From: Mycolicibacterium smegmatis
GTDB taxonomy: Bacteria > Actinomycetota > Actinomycetes > Mycobacteriales > Mycobacteriaceae
Assembly (NCBI RefSeq): GCF_001457595.1
Contig: NZ_LN831039.1
Span: 4,560,001 to 4,592,000, forward strand
Direction: 5' to 3'
Length of the DNA: 32,000 nt
Positions 1 to 8,841 of the stretch are shown here, piece by piece. How positions within the stretch are numbered: position 1 is the stretch's first letter; each line of letters starts with the position of its first letter. A program made the translations under genes and the position numbers. The notes under the pieces are model-generated. The model saw only the letters and a list, made by a program, of their open reading frames with translations, did no database searches and was not told the origin of the DNA.

Positions 1-1231
1 TGCGCGCGGCGATGTGCACCGCGATACCCCCGATGTCGTCACCGAGCAGTTCGCACTCACCGGTGTGGATGGCCGCGCGGATCTGGATGCCCAGCGTCTC
101 CGCGTCCGACCGCAGCGCCTCCGCGTAGCGGATGGCATGCGTCGGCCCCTCGAACGTGCTCAGGTGGCCGTCTCCGGTGCTCTTGACCACCACTCCGCCG
201 AACCGGCCCGACAGTTCCTCGGTGACCTCACCGAACCGCTGCAGCACCGCACGCCACCGTTCGTCGCCGTTGGACGCGGCGTGCTGCGTGGACGCGACGA
301 TGTCGGTGAACAACACGGTGCGCAGCGCGCGGTGTGAGTTGTGCGGCGCCGCATGGTTTCCCGTGACAAACTCCTCGATCTCGGTGAGGACGCGGTCGGC
401 TTCGGTGAACCACGGTGCATGGTCGACGCCGTCGACCTCGAGCCAGCGCGCGCCCGGGATGTGGTCTGCGAGGTAACGGCTGCACTGCACCGGAACGGCC
501 GGATCGTCACGCGCGTGGATGACGAGCGTGGGCGCCGCGATCGTGGGCAGGATGGGCCGCACGTCGATCCGGAACGCGGCCTCGAACGTCGCGCGCGCCA
601 TACCCGGGCTCGCACACAGGCGCTCGAACATCCCCAGTTGGCGCATCGACCCCATCGACGGCATCGCGCACCGGACAGCCGCCCCGCTGCCCCACTGCCC
701 GCGCACGGCCCTGGCCTGCTCCTGGAAATGGATCACCTGCTCGACCGTCGGCGCGTACTCGTCGCCCATCTCCGCGACGCTGCGCGCCCTGATGTCCACC
801 GGGTCACCGTCGAGGTCCTCCCACCGGCAGCCGGCCATCGTCGCGAACGACCCGTACGCCACCAGAGTGCGCACACGCCCGGGCCGGTTGGCCGCGAACA
901 GGATCGAGGCCGGACCCCCCTCGCTCATGGCGAGCACCACGGCGTCGTCGAAACCCACGGCATCCATGACCGCCTCGATCTCGGCCGCGCGGTCGTCGAG
1001 CGTGCGCACCTTCGGAACGGGATCGGACAGGCCGGTGCCTGCCTTGTCGAAGATCGCGACGCGACAGAACGAGGCGAGCTGATCGAAGAACGACTTGAAC
1101 TCGGGCACGGTCCAGAACAATTCGACGTGGCCCACGAAGGGCCCCACGAACACAAGCGGGATCGGCCCGTCGCCGAAGAGCTGATACGCCAGGCTCAGGT
1201 CGCCGCACGAGGCGTACGACGTCTCCGCCAC
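1..1231 (-). CDS. Alpha/beta-hydrolase fused to C-terminal class III adenylate/guanylate cyclase domain; 3' end cut off by the window edge
   Basis: Minus-strand translation from GTG at 1229-1231: VAETSYASCGDLSLAYQLFGDGPIPLVFVGPFVGHVE..., alpha/beta-hydrolase-like AMSEGG, then VLFTDIVASTQ...DERWRAVLQRFGEVTEELSGRFGGVVVKSTGDGHLSTFEGPTHAI..., which is cyclase homology with the metal-binding FTDIVAST and K-TGDG motifs. Missing from the ORF track because it is open at the left edge. Confidence 0.85.
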   Translation of the reverse strand, partial: MAETSYASCGDLSLAYQLFGDGPIPLVFVGPFVGHVELFWTVPEFKSFFDQLASFCRVAIFDKAGTGLSDPVPKVRTLDDRAAEIEAVMDAVGFDDAVVLAMSEGGPASILFAANRPGRVRTLVAYGSFATMAGCRWEDLDGDPVDIRARSVAEMGDEYAPTVEQVIHFQEQARAVRGQWGSGAAVRCAMPSMGSMRQLGMFERLCASPGMARATFEAAFRIDVRPILPTIAAPTLVIHARDDPAVPVQCSRYLADHIPGARWLEVDGVDHAPWFTEADRVLTEIEEFVTGNHAAPHNSHRALRTVLFTDIVASTQHAASNGDERWRAVLQRFGEVTEELSGRFGGVVVKSTGDGHLSTFEGPTHAIRYAEALRSDAETLGIQIRAAIHTGECELLGDDIGGIAVHIAAR

Positions 1232-1310
1232 AGGTTCGAGCGTAATTGACGCGCGACGATCCCAATACCTACGGAATTCGTGGATGGGATCGCGGCGCTG
1301 GGAGCTGTTG

Positions 1311-1383
<73 letters not shown>

Positions 1384-1526
1384 CTGCCTTTGCCTCGGAT
1401 CACCTCCGCGGCCGAGCGTTGACTCTAGCGTACGGACCGCCCTCGCCGCCAATTGCCTCCGGGCGGGCGCGTCGGCACCGCGGTGAGGCAGGATGTAGAC
1501 ACAACTCTTCGTCTGGGAGGAACGCT

Positions 1527-1796
1527 GTGATCCGCTACGCCGCCGTGATCGCTGTCGGCTACGTACTGGGCGCCAAGGCCGGACGACGCCGCTACGAACA
1601 GATCGCCAGCACCTATCGCGCCGTGACGTCCAACCCGGCGACGAGGGCCGTGATCGACGCGGGCAGGCGCAAGATCGCCAGCCGCGTGTCACCGGACCCG
1701 CAGTTCGTGACGATGACTCCCATCGACGCAGAAACGTCGGTGCTCTCCGTGGAGGATCGCACCGACGCTTCGGCGAAGTCCAAGCGCGGCTGGTAG
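1527..1796 (+). CDS. Small conserved hypothetical protein with short N-terminal hydrophobic segment (VIRYAAVIAVGYVLGAKAGRRRYEQI...)
   Basis: ORF track 1419..1796. GTG at 1527 is preceded by a GGGAGGA ribosome-binding site and matches the start of the hydrophobic segment. Confidence 0.7.
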   Translation: MIRYAAVIAVGYVLGAKAGRRRYEQIASTYRAVTSNPATRAVIDAGRRKIASRVSPDPQFVTMTPIDAETSVLSVEDRTDASAKSKRGW

Positions 1797-1817
1797 CCGC
1801 TCTGGTGGGTCCGGGCG

Positions 1818-2126
1818 CTAGCCGAGACCCTGGTTGATGGTCGTGCCGGGCAGCAGCGGGCCCGTGGTGAAACCGGGGTTGCCGCTGCCGGGCGCGCCGA
1901 CCGTGACCGGGCCGATGCCGCCACCGACGGGCGTGCCGTTCGAGTAGGACAGGCACTTGCCGTCTTCCTTGTTGCCGAACCACGCGAGGCAGGCCGGGGC
2001 GGCGGTCACGTCGGCGTCGTGCGCGGAAACGCCCGCGAGGAACGCCGGAGCGGCGGCTGCGGCGACGACGAACGCGCCGACGGCGACGCGGGTTCTGGTG
2101 CTCAACGTCCTCGTGCTGAAGGTCAC
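1818..2126 (-). CDS. Small exported hypothetical protein (102 aa)
   Basis: Complete ORF with a signal-peptide-like N-terminus (RVAVGAFVVAAAAAPAFLAGVSAHDA). The Gly/Pro-rich mature part carries two Cys and the C-terminal motif GFTTGPLLPGTTINQGLG. Confidence 0.7.
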   Translation of the reverse strand: MTFSTRTLSTRTRVAVGAFVVAAAAAPAFLAGVSAHDADVTAAPACLAWFGNKEDGKCLSYSNGTPVGGGIGPVTVGAPGSGNPGFTTGPLLPGTTINQGLG

Positions 2127-2219
2127 GGGTTGCCTTTCTGGCCAGGTCGGTGCCCGTTAGGGCGTCAACGGCACAACAGTGTCACAACTTTATCGTGACT
2201 GGGCAACGAATGTGACCCC

Positions 2220-4124
2220 TCAGGCGGTGAGGTCGTCGCCGCTGGCCTGTTCGAGCAGGCTGCGCCGGTAGGACTCCATCGCCACGAGGTCGCCGAACAG
2301 GGCGTGATATTCGTCTCCCTGCTCCACGGGCGACATGCGCTGCAGCTTCGATTTCACCTCGGCGATCTGGCGCCCCACCCACACCTCCTGCAGGCGGGCC
2401 AGCACGCTGGAGATGTAGCGCGGCAGCTTCTCGTCGTCCTCGACGTTGATGGTCTCCACGCTGAGTTCGTTGACCAGGTTGGCCGCGGCAGGCGATGTGG
2501 TCTGCTCACGCACGGTCTCGATCCACTGCGCACCGGTGATGCCCGCCGACGTGCCGCCCGCGGCCTCCATCGCGGTGCGCACCGCGCCGTAGCCGGGGTG
2601 GGTGAAGCTCTCGACGGTCAACGTGTCGAACACCGGGCCGGCCAGCGCCGGGTACTGCAGCCCGGCCTTGAGCGCCTCGCGCTGCGGCCACAACGTCGGG
2701 TCGGTCGGGTCGGGCCGCTGCACCGGCGGCGGTTTGGGCCGCGCGGCGGTCTCCTGGCCGCGGCGGTTGTTGTCCTTGCGGCCGCCGCCCTTGGCCTCCT
2801 CGCGCACGCGCCCGATCACCTGCGCCACGTTGTCCCAGCCGACCCAGCCGGCCAGCTGCCTGGCGTACTCGTCGCGCAGCGTCGGGTCCTTGATGCGCGC
2901 CAGCATCGGCACGCAGCGCCGCAGCGCCGCGACGCGACCCTCGGCGCTGTCCAGGTCGTGTTCGGCGAGGGCGCTGCGAATCACGAACTCGAACAACGGG
3001 GTTCGGCGGGCGACCAGATCCCGCAGCGCGCCGTCACCGGACCGCAGGCGCAGATCGCACGGGTCCATGCCGTCGGCCGCCACCGCCACGAACGACTGCC
3101 CGGAGAGGTTCTGCTCGCCCTCGAACGCCTTGACCGCCGCGGCCCGCCCGGCGTCGTCGCCGTCGAACACGTAGATCAGTTCGCCGCGGAAGAAGTTGTC
3201 GTCCATCATGAGTCGGCGCAGCATCGACAGGTGCTGCTCGCCGAACGCGGTGCCGCACGAGGCGACCGCGGTGGTGACGCCGGCCAGATGCATGGCCATC
3301 ACGTCGGTGTAGCCCTCGACCACGACGGCCTGATGCCCCTTGGCGATGTCCCGTTTGGCCAGGTCCAGCCCGAACAGCACCTGTGATTTCTTGTACAGCA
3401 CCGTTTCCGGGGTGTTGACGTACTTGGCCTGGTTCGGGTCGTCGTCGAACAACCGGCGTGCGCCGAACCCGATGGTCTCCCCCGACGACACCCGGATCGG
3501 CCACAGCAGGCGCCGGTGGAACCGGTCCATGGGTCCGCGCTTGCCCTCGCGGCTCAGGCCCGCGGCCTCGAGTTCCTTGAACTCGAACCCCTTGCGCAGC
3601 AGGTGCTTTGTGAGCTTGTCCCAGCCCGACGGGGCGTAGCCGCAACCGAACTTCGCCGCGGCGGCGGCGTCGAAGTTGCGCTCGGTCAGGTACTGGCGCG
3701 CGGGTGCGGCCTCCTCGGACTGCAGCGCCTCGGCGTAGAACTCGGCGGCCGCGGCGTTGGCCGCGAGCAGACGGCTGCGGCTGCCGCGGTCGCGTTGCAC
3801 GTTGGTGGTGGACGAACCCGTGTAGGTGACGGTGTAGCCGACCTTGTCGGCCAGCAGTTCGACGGCTTCGACGAAACTGACGTGCTCGATCTTCTGGATG
3901 AACGCGTAGACGTCGCCGCCCTCACCGCACCCGAAGCAGTGGAAGTGCCCGTGGTTGGGCCGCACGTGGAACGACGGCGTCTTCTCGTCGTGGAACGGGC
4001 ACAACCCTTTGAGGGAATCGGCCCCGGCCCGGCGCAACTGCACGTAGTCGCCGACGACGTCCTCGATGCGAACCTTCTCACGGATGGCCGCGATGTCGCG
4101 ATCAGGGATTCTGCCTCCGGCCAC
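2220..4124 (-). CDS. dnaG: DNA primase DnaG
   Basis: RIPDRDIAAIREKVRIEDVVGDYVQLRRAGADSLKGLCPFHDEKTPSFHVRPNHGHFHCFGCGEGGD (zinc-binding CHC2 domain) and TOPRIM VVVEGYTDVMAM...YVFDGDDAG. The track start is 4130 (ATG); GTG at 4124 is preferred (see findings). Confidence 0.97.
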   Translation of the reverse strand: MAGGRIPDRDIAAIREKVRIEDVVGDYVQLRRAGADSLKGLCPFHDEKTPSFHVRPNHGHFHCFGCGEGGDVYAFIQKIEHVSFVEAVELLADKVGYTVTYTGSSTTNVQRDRGSRSRLLAANAAAAEFYAEALQSEEAAPARQYLTERNFDAAAAAKFGCGYAPSGWDKLTKHLLRKGFEFKELEAAGLSREGKRGPMDRFHRRLLWPIRVSSGETIGFGARRLFDDDPNQAKYVNTPETVLYKKSQVLFGLDLAKRDIAKGHQAVVVEGYTDVMAMHLAGVTTAVASCGTAFGEQHLSMLRRLMMDDNFFRGELIYVFDGDDAGRAAAVKAFEGEQNLSGQSFVAVAADGMDPCDLRLRSGDGALRDLVARRTPLFEFVIRSALAEHDLDSAEGRVAALRRCVPMLARIKDPTLRDEYARQLAGWVGWDNVAQVIGRVREEAKGGGRKDNNRRGQETAARPKPPPVQRPDPTDPTLWPQREALKAGLQYPALAGPVFDTLTVESFTHPGYGAVRTAMEAAGGTSAGITGAQWIETVREQTTSPAAANLVNELSVETINVEDDEKLPRYISSVLARLQEVWVGRQIAEVKSKLQRMSPVEQGDEYHALFGDLVAMESYRRSLLEQASGDDLTA

Positions 4125-4183
4125 CGGCATAGTGTATGCCCGCCTCCGAAGCGCTCAGCGCGGCACAGGCAAGCTTGCCTGCG

Positions 4184-5470
4184 TCACTCCAGCGGCCGCG
4201 GCGAACGGGCCTCGTGCACGCGCTCCAACCGGGTCTCGGTGTAGGACGCGATCTGGTCGATGACCACGCGCAACCGGGCACCGTCGTCGCCCGCCGCGGC
4301 GAACTCGGGCGCGAACTGCGGGTCCAGACTGCCAGGCGCCTGCGCCCACAGCGCCAACGCGACCTCGTGGATACGCGTGCGCTGATCGGCCTGCACCTGC
4401 AGGTGTTGATGGTCGGACATGATGAACTGCAGCGCGAGCATCTTGAGCACCGCGACCTCGGCGCGCACCAGATCGGGGACCACCAGATCGGAGTCGAACC
4501 GCTTGAGCGGCCGGTCCCCTGCCACGGCCCTGGTCTCGGTGATCGCGGCGTTGGCGAACCGGCCGACGAGCTCACTGGTCAGCCGTTTGAGCGCGACCGA
4601 CGCGGCCAGCGTGCCGTCGTACTTGCCGACGGCGGCCACCACGGGCATCTCCGAGAGGCGCTGCGCGGCCGCCAGGAGATCGTCGTGTGCGAGCGACGGG
4701 AACGCGGCGGCGCCCAGCTGGGCCAGTGACTCGGCGGCGTCGGCGTCGGCGAGCACCCGCAGGTCGATGCGCCCCGAGATCACACCGTCCTCGACGTCGT
4801 GCACCGAATAGGCGACGTCGTCGGCCCAGTCCATCACCTGGGCCTCCAGGCACGGCCTGTCCACGGGCGCGCCGTCACGCACCCAGTCGGCCGCGGGGCC
4901 GTCGTCGTCCGGGAAGCCCACGTAGAAGCCGAATTTGCGGCGCTCCTCGGTGCGTCGCCACGGATACTTGGTCACCGCGTCCAGCGACGCCCTGGTGAGA
5001 TTCAGGCCCGCCGACCGTCCGTCGGCGTCGAGCACCTTGGGTTCGAGTCGCGTGAGGATGCGGAAGTTCTGCGCGTTGCCCTCGAAACCCCCGAAGGCCT
5101 TGGCGATCTCGTTGAGCGCGCGTTCACCGTTGTGGCCGTACGGCGGATGCCCGATGTCGTGCGCGAGCCCGGCGAGGTCGACGAGGTCCGGATCGCAGCC
5201 CAGCCCGATCGCCATACCGCGGCCGATCTGCGCGACCTCCAGGGAATGCGTGAGCCGCGTGCGCGGGTTGTCGCCGTGACGCGGCCCCACCACCTGGGTC
5301 TTGTCGGCCAGGCGCCGCAGCGCGGCGCAGTGCAGCACCCTGGCGCGGTCACGCGCGAAGTCGGTGCGGTGCTCGGTGTCGGTGCCGGGCAGCGCAGCGC
5401 TCTTCGCCGGTTCGGGCACCAGCCGCTCCCGGTCGAAGTCGTCGTAGTGGTCGTACTGCGTCGCATTCAC
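4184..5470 (-). CDS. dgt: Deoxyguanosinetriphosphate triphosphohydrolase-like protein (HD domain)
   Basis: 428 aa: [66 protein letters not shown]; R-H-HD-D motifs of the dGTPase family. Confidence 0.95.
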   Translation of the reverse strand: MNATQYDHYDDFDRERLVPEPAKSAALPGTDTEHRTDFARDRARVLHCAALRRLADKTQVVGPRHGDNPRTRLTHSLEVAQIGRGMAIGLGCDPDLVDLAGLAHDIGHPPYGHNGERALNEIAKAFGGFEGNAQNFRILTRLEPKVLDADGRSAGLNLTRASLDAVTKYPWRRTEERRKFGFYVGFPDDDGPAADWVRDGAPVDRPCLEAQVMDWADDVAYSVHDVEDGVISGRIDLRVLADADAAESLAQLGAAAFPSLAHDDLLAAAQRLSEMPVVAAVGKYDGTLAASVALKRLTSELVGRFANAAITETRAVAGDRPLKRFDSDLVVPDLVRAEVAVLKMLALQFIMSDHQHLQVQADQRTRIHEVALALWAQAPGSLDPQFAPEFAAAGDDGARLRVVIDQIASYTETRLERVHEARSPRPLE

Positions 5471-5529
5471 CGAGGCACAGTCTGCCAGGACATGCCGCCC
5501 ATACCGCGCAGCACATTAGATTGGCCGTC

Positions 5530-7572
5530 ATGCGCATCGGCCGACTGTTCAGCTTGCTGCTCGCGATCCTGACGACCGGGCTACTCGTGGCCCCTGGCGC
5601 GGCGGCCGAACCGCCGCTGCGGCTGGCGACGCAGCTCACCGACCAGGCCGGCGTGCTGTCGGCGTCGCAGCAAGCCGACGTGCAGCGCGCCCTCGACCGG
5701 CTCTACGACGACCGGCGCATCAAGCTGTGGGTGGTGTTCGTCGAGGACTTCTCGCGGCAGAACTACGTGGGCTGGGCACAGAACACGATGCGGCTGAGCG
5801 ACTTCGGCGACGACGACGCGCTGCTGGCCGTCGCGACCGTGGACCGGGCGTTCGCGTTCCAGGTGCCCGACACCATCATGGACACCGCACGTGCCGACGA
5901 CATCCGCCGCAACAGCATCGGCCCGTCGCTGCGCCGCGAGGACTGGGCCGGTGCGGCCATCGCGGCCGCCGATCAGCTCAACACCGAGCCCGCGTCGGCC
6001 ACGGGGGGCGGGGTGTCGTGGCCCGCGCTGCTCATCGTGCTCGGCATCATCGCGGTGCTCATCGGGATCCTGTGGATCTGGTCGCGGCGACGACGCGCCA
6101 AGCGGCGCAAGGCCGAGTTCGAGGCGGCCAAACGCGTGGACCCCACCGATCCGGACGCTTTGGCGAGCGTGCCGCTCGAGGCGCTCGACGCGTTGTCGCG
6201 TGAGATCGTCGTCGACGTCGACAACGCGGTCCGCACCAGCCAGGCCGAACTGGACCTGGCTGTCGAGGAATTCGGCGCCAAACGCACCGAGCCGTTCACC
6301 ACCGCGGTGGCCAACGCGAGAAAAGCCCTCGCGCAGGCGTTCAACGTACGCCAGATCCTCGACGACGACGTGCCCGAGACCCCGCTGCAGCAGCGTGATC
6401 TGCTGACCCGCGTGATCGTGTCGGCCGCGCGTGCCGACCGTGAACTGGAAGCCCAGAGCGCCGCGTTCGAGCAGTTGCGTGATCTGGTGATCAACGCCCC
6501 GGCGCGACTCGACCTCATGACCCAGCAGATGGTCGACCTCAGCGCACGCATCGAAACGTCGCAGCAGACCCTCGCGGCGCTGCACACCCAGTTCGACGCG
6601 CGGGCGCTCGAGTCCGTCGCGGGCAACGTCGACACCGCGCGCGAACGGCTCGCGTTCGCCGACCGCAACATCACCACGGCACGCGGACTGGTGTCCCGAC
6701 CCGCCGCCGACCAGACCGGACTGGTGGACGCGGTGCGCGCCGCCGAGTCCGCGCTGTCACAGGCACGCACGCTGCTTGACGCGGTCGACAGCGCATCGAC
6801 CGACATCAACCGGGCACTGGCCGGGCTGCCCGCCGCCGTCGCGGACATCGAGGCGGGCATCGAACAGGCGAACGACCTTCTGGCACAACCCGATACCCCG
6901 CAGGCCGACAAGCTCGCCACCGCGCGCGACGCCGCCGTGCAGGCTGCCGGCGAGGCCAAGTCCAACGGAACCGCCGATCCGCTCGGCACGTTCACGCGGC
7001 TGACGCAGGCCGACGCCGACCTGGACCAACTGTTGGCCACCGTGCACGAACAGCGCGAGGCCGCCGAACGCCTGGCCCGCACCCTGGAGCAGGCGATCTT
7101 CACCGCCCAGTCCCGCATCACCGCGGTATCCGACTACATCGGGACGCGCCGCGGCAGCATCGGCCCGGAGGCACGCACCCGGCTCGCCGAGGCCACCCGG
7201 CAACTGGAGGCCGCCCAGGCCAAACGGACCACCAACCCCAATGAGGCTGTGGCACATGCCAATGGCGCTTCGACGCTCGCCGCGCAGGCGCAGAGCCTGG
7301 CCAACGACGACGTCCGCGCCGCCCAGCGCACCTACACCTCACACCATGGCGGCGGCGGAGCCGACATCGGTGCCGTGCTCGGCGGCATCATCATCGGCAA
7401 CGTGCTGCGCGGCGGCTTCGGCGGCGGAGGTGGCTATGGCGGCTACGGCGGCGGCTTCGGTGGTTTCGGCGGCGGCTTCGGCGGCGGACGCAGCTCGGGC
7501 CGGCCCACGTCCTATGGCGGGTCGTCACATTCGTCGGGCCGCAACTACGGCGGTGGCGGCGGCCGGTTCTGA
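5530..7572 (+). CDS. TPM (TLP18.3/Psb32/MOLO-1) domain membrane protein with signal peptide, one TM helix, long helical region and Gly/Tyr/Phe-rich C-terminus
   Basis: Track ORF 5521..7572. N-terminal signal LLLAILTTGLLVAPGAAA, LTDQAGVLSASQQADVQRALDRLYDDRRIKLWVVFVEDF...NYVGWAQNT TPM hallmark, TM segment WPALLIVLGIIAVLIGILWIW, and tail GGGYGGYGGGFGGFGGGFGGG. Start is either TTG 5521 or ATG 5530. Confidence 0.85.
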   Translation: MRIGRLFSLLLAILTTGLLVAPGAAAEPPLRLATQLTDQAGVLSASQQADVQRALDRLYDDRRIKLWVVFVEDFSRQNYVGWAQNTMRLSDFGDDDALLAVATVDRAFAFQVPDTIMDTARADDIRRNSIGPSLRREDWAGAAIAAADQLNTEPASATGGGVSWPALLIVLGIIAVLIGILWIWSRRRRAKRRKAEFEAAKRVDPTDPDALASVPLEALDALSREIVVDVDNAVRTSQAELDLAVEEFGAKRTEPFTTAVANARKALAQAFNVRQILDDDVPETPLQQRDLLTRVIVSAARADRELEAQSAAFEQLRDLVINAPARLDLMTQQMVDLSARIETSQQTLAALHTQFDARALESVAGNVDTARERLAFADRNITTARGLVSRPAADQTGLVDAVRAAESALSQARTLLDAVDSASTDINRALAGLPAAVADIEAGIEQANDLLAQPDTPQADKLATARDAAVQAAGEAKSNGTADPLGTFTRLTQADADLDQLLATVHEQREAAERLARTLEQAIFTAQSRITAVSDYIGTRRGSIGPEARTRLAEATRQLEAAQAKRTTNPNEAVAHANGASTLAAQAQSLANDDVRAAQRTYTSHHGGGGADIGAVLGGIIIGNVLRGGFGGGGGYGGYGGGFGGFGGGFGGGRSSGRPTSYGGSSHSSGRNYGGGGGRF

Positions 7573-7588
7573 AGTCGCCCCCGGCTGC

Positions 7589-7715
7589 GCGAGCGTGCGT
7601 GTTTGCATCACAACACACCGTTGCCAGGCAGCAGCCTGCGCACGCTCACAGTTCGTGAGCGTGCGCAGAGTGCTGAAATTCCGCGACGTGTTGTAAGGCA
7701 GACACGCACGCTCGC
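7589..7715. repeat. 127-bp imperfect nested palindrome: 61-nt arms, 5-nt loop
   Basis: Outer 14-bp perfect inverted repeat GCGAGCGTGCGTGT (7589-7602) / ACACGCACGCTCGC (7702-7715). Inner 14-bp perfect inverted repeat CTGCGCACGCTCAC (7636-7649) / GTGAGCGTGCGCAG (7655-7668). The intervening 33-nt segments match at 19/33 without gaps. Confidence 0.9.
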
Positions 7716-7736
7716 GGTGCTACCTCGCGGTGCTAC
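7711..7736. repeat. 13-bp perfect tandem duplication CTCGCGGTGCTAC x2, abutting the IS target site
   Basis: Read directly: 7711-7723 and 7724-7736 are identical, and the TA target follows at 7737-7738. Confidence 0.9.
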
Positions 7737-7738
7737 TA

Positions 7739-8841
7739 GTGTCGCGCGTCATTAATTAGTTTACAGTGTGGGATGATGGTGTATGCCGTCATCCACATTG
7801 GTGATCAGTTCTGAAGATCGTGTGACGTTGGAGTCGTGGACGCGGTCCTCGACGGTGCCTGCCGGCCGTGTTGAGCGGGCGCGGATCGTGCTGGCGGTGG
7901 CCGACGGTGCGGGGACCTCGGGTGCGGCGCGGCAGGTGGGGGTGTCGCGGCCGACGGTGATCAAGTGGCGGGATCGGTTCGCCGCGTTCGGCATTGAGGG
8001 GCTTGATGACGAACCACGCAGCGGCCGACCCAAGACGGTCGATGACGCCGAGATCCTGGCGACCACGCTCGAGCCGCCACCGGAATCGTTGGCCGTGACC
8101 CACTGGTCGAGTCGACTGCTCGGAAAGCACCTCGGGATCGGGGATGCCACGGTGGCCCGGGCGTGGCGACGCTACGGGGTCAAACCGTGGCGGCGCGAGA
8201 CGTTCAAGTTCTCCACCGACCCTGAACTGGAGGCCAAGGTCCGTGACGTGATCGGCCTGTATCTGAACCCACCAGAAAAGGCGGTCGTGTTGTGCGTGGA
8301 CGAAAAGAGCCAGATTCAGGCACTCAACCGCACCCAGCCGATTTTGCCGTTGCGTCCGGGACTGCCGGAGAAGGCGACCCACGACTATCAGCGCAACGGC
8401 ACCGCCACGTTGTTCGCCGCCTTGGAAATCGCAACCGGCAAAGTGACCGACCGCTGCTACGAGCGGCACGGCAAAGCCGAGTTCCTCGATTTCCTCAAGA
8501 CGGTCGCCCGGGCCTACCCGCGCCGCAAACTGCATGTGGTGTGCGACAACTACCACACCCACAAACACGCTGACATCAATGCGTGGTTGGTCAAGAATCC
8601 CCGCGTGACACTGCATTTCACCCCGACCTCAGGCTCCTGGTTGAACCTGGTCGAGGTGTTCTTCTCGATCATCACCCGCCAAGCAATCCGCCGGGGCTCG
8701 TTCAACAGCGTTAAAGAACTCATCGCTGCCATCAGCGCCTTCATCGAGGGCTGGAACCAACGCGCCCACCCATTCGTGTGGACCAAGACCGCCGACGAAA
8801 TCCTGCCCCACACTCGTAAACAAACTTCAGACGCGCGACAC
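7739..8841 (+). mobile_element. IS630-family insertion sequence, 1103 bp, flanked by TA dinucleotides (7737-7738 and 8842-8843)
   Basis: Perfect 12-bp terminal inverted repeats GTGTCGCGCGTC (7739-7750) / GACGCGCGACAC (8830-8841). Second inner inverted block GTTTAC-AGTGTGGG (7759-7772) vs GTTTACGAGTGTGGG (reverse complement of 8807-8821). TA duplication is typical of IS630/Tc1-mariner. Confidence 0.93.

Noticed and set aside
2304-3386. 360-aa plus-strand ORF inside dnaG
   Set aside because: Shadow of the dnaG coding frame; composition typical of antisense GC-rich ORFs.
4166-4181. Palindrome considered as an IdeR box
   Set aside because: The IdeR consensus is 19 bp with an odd central base and TTAGG/CCTAA ends. 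This is an even 16-bp palindrome with different flanks.
7572-7740. Palindromic region considered as a CRISPR or integron attC site
   Set aside because: There is no array of regularly spaced direct repeats and no cas or integrase gene. The only neighbouring mobile gene is a DDE IS630 transposase.
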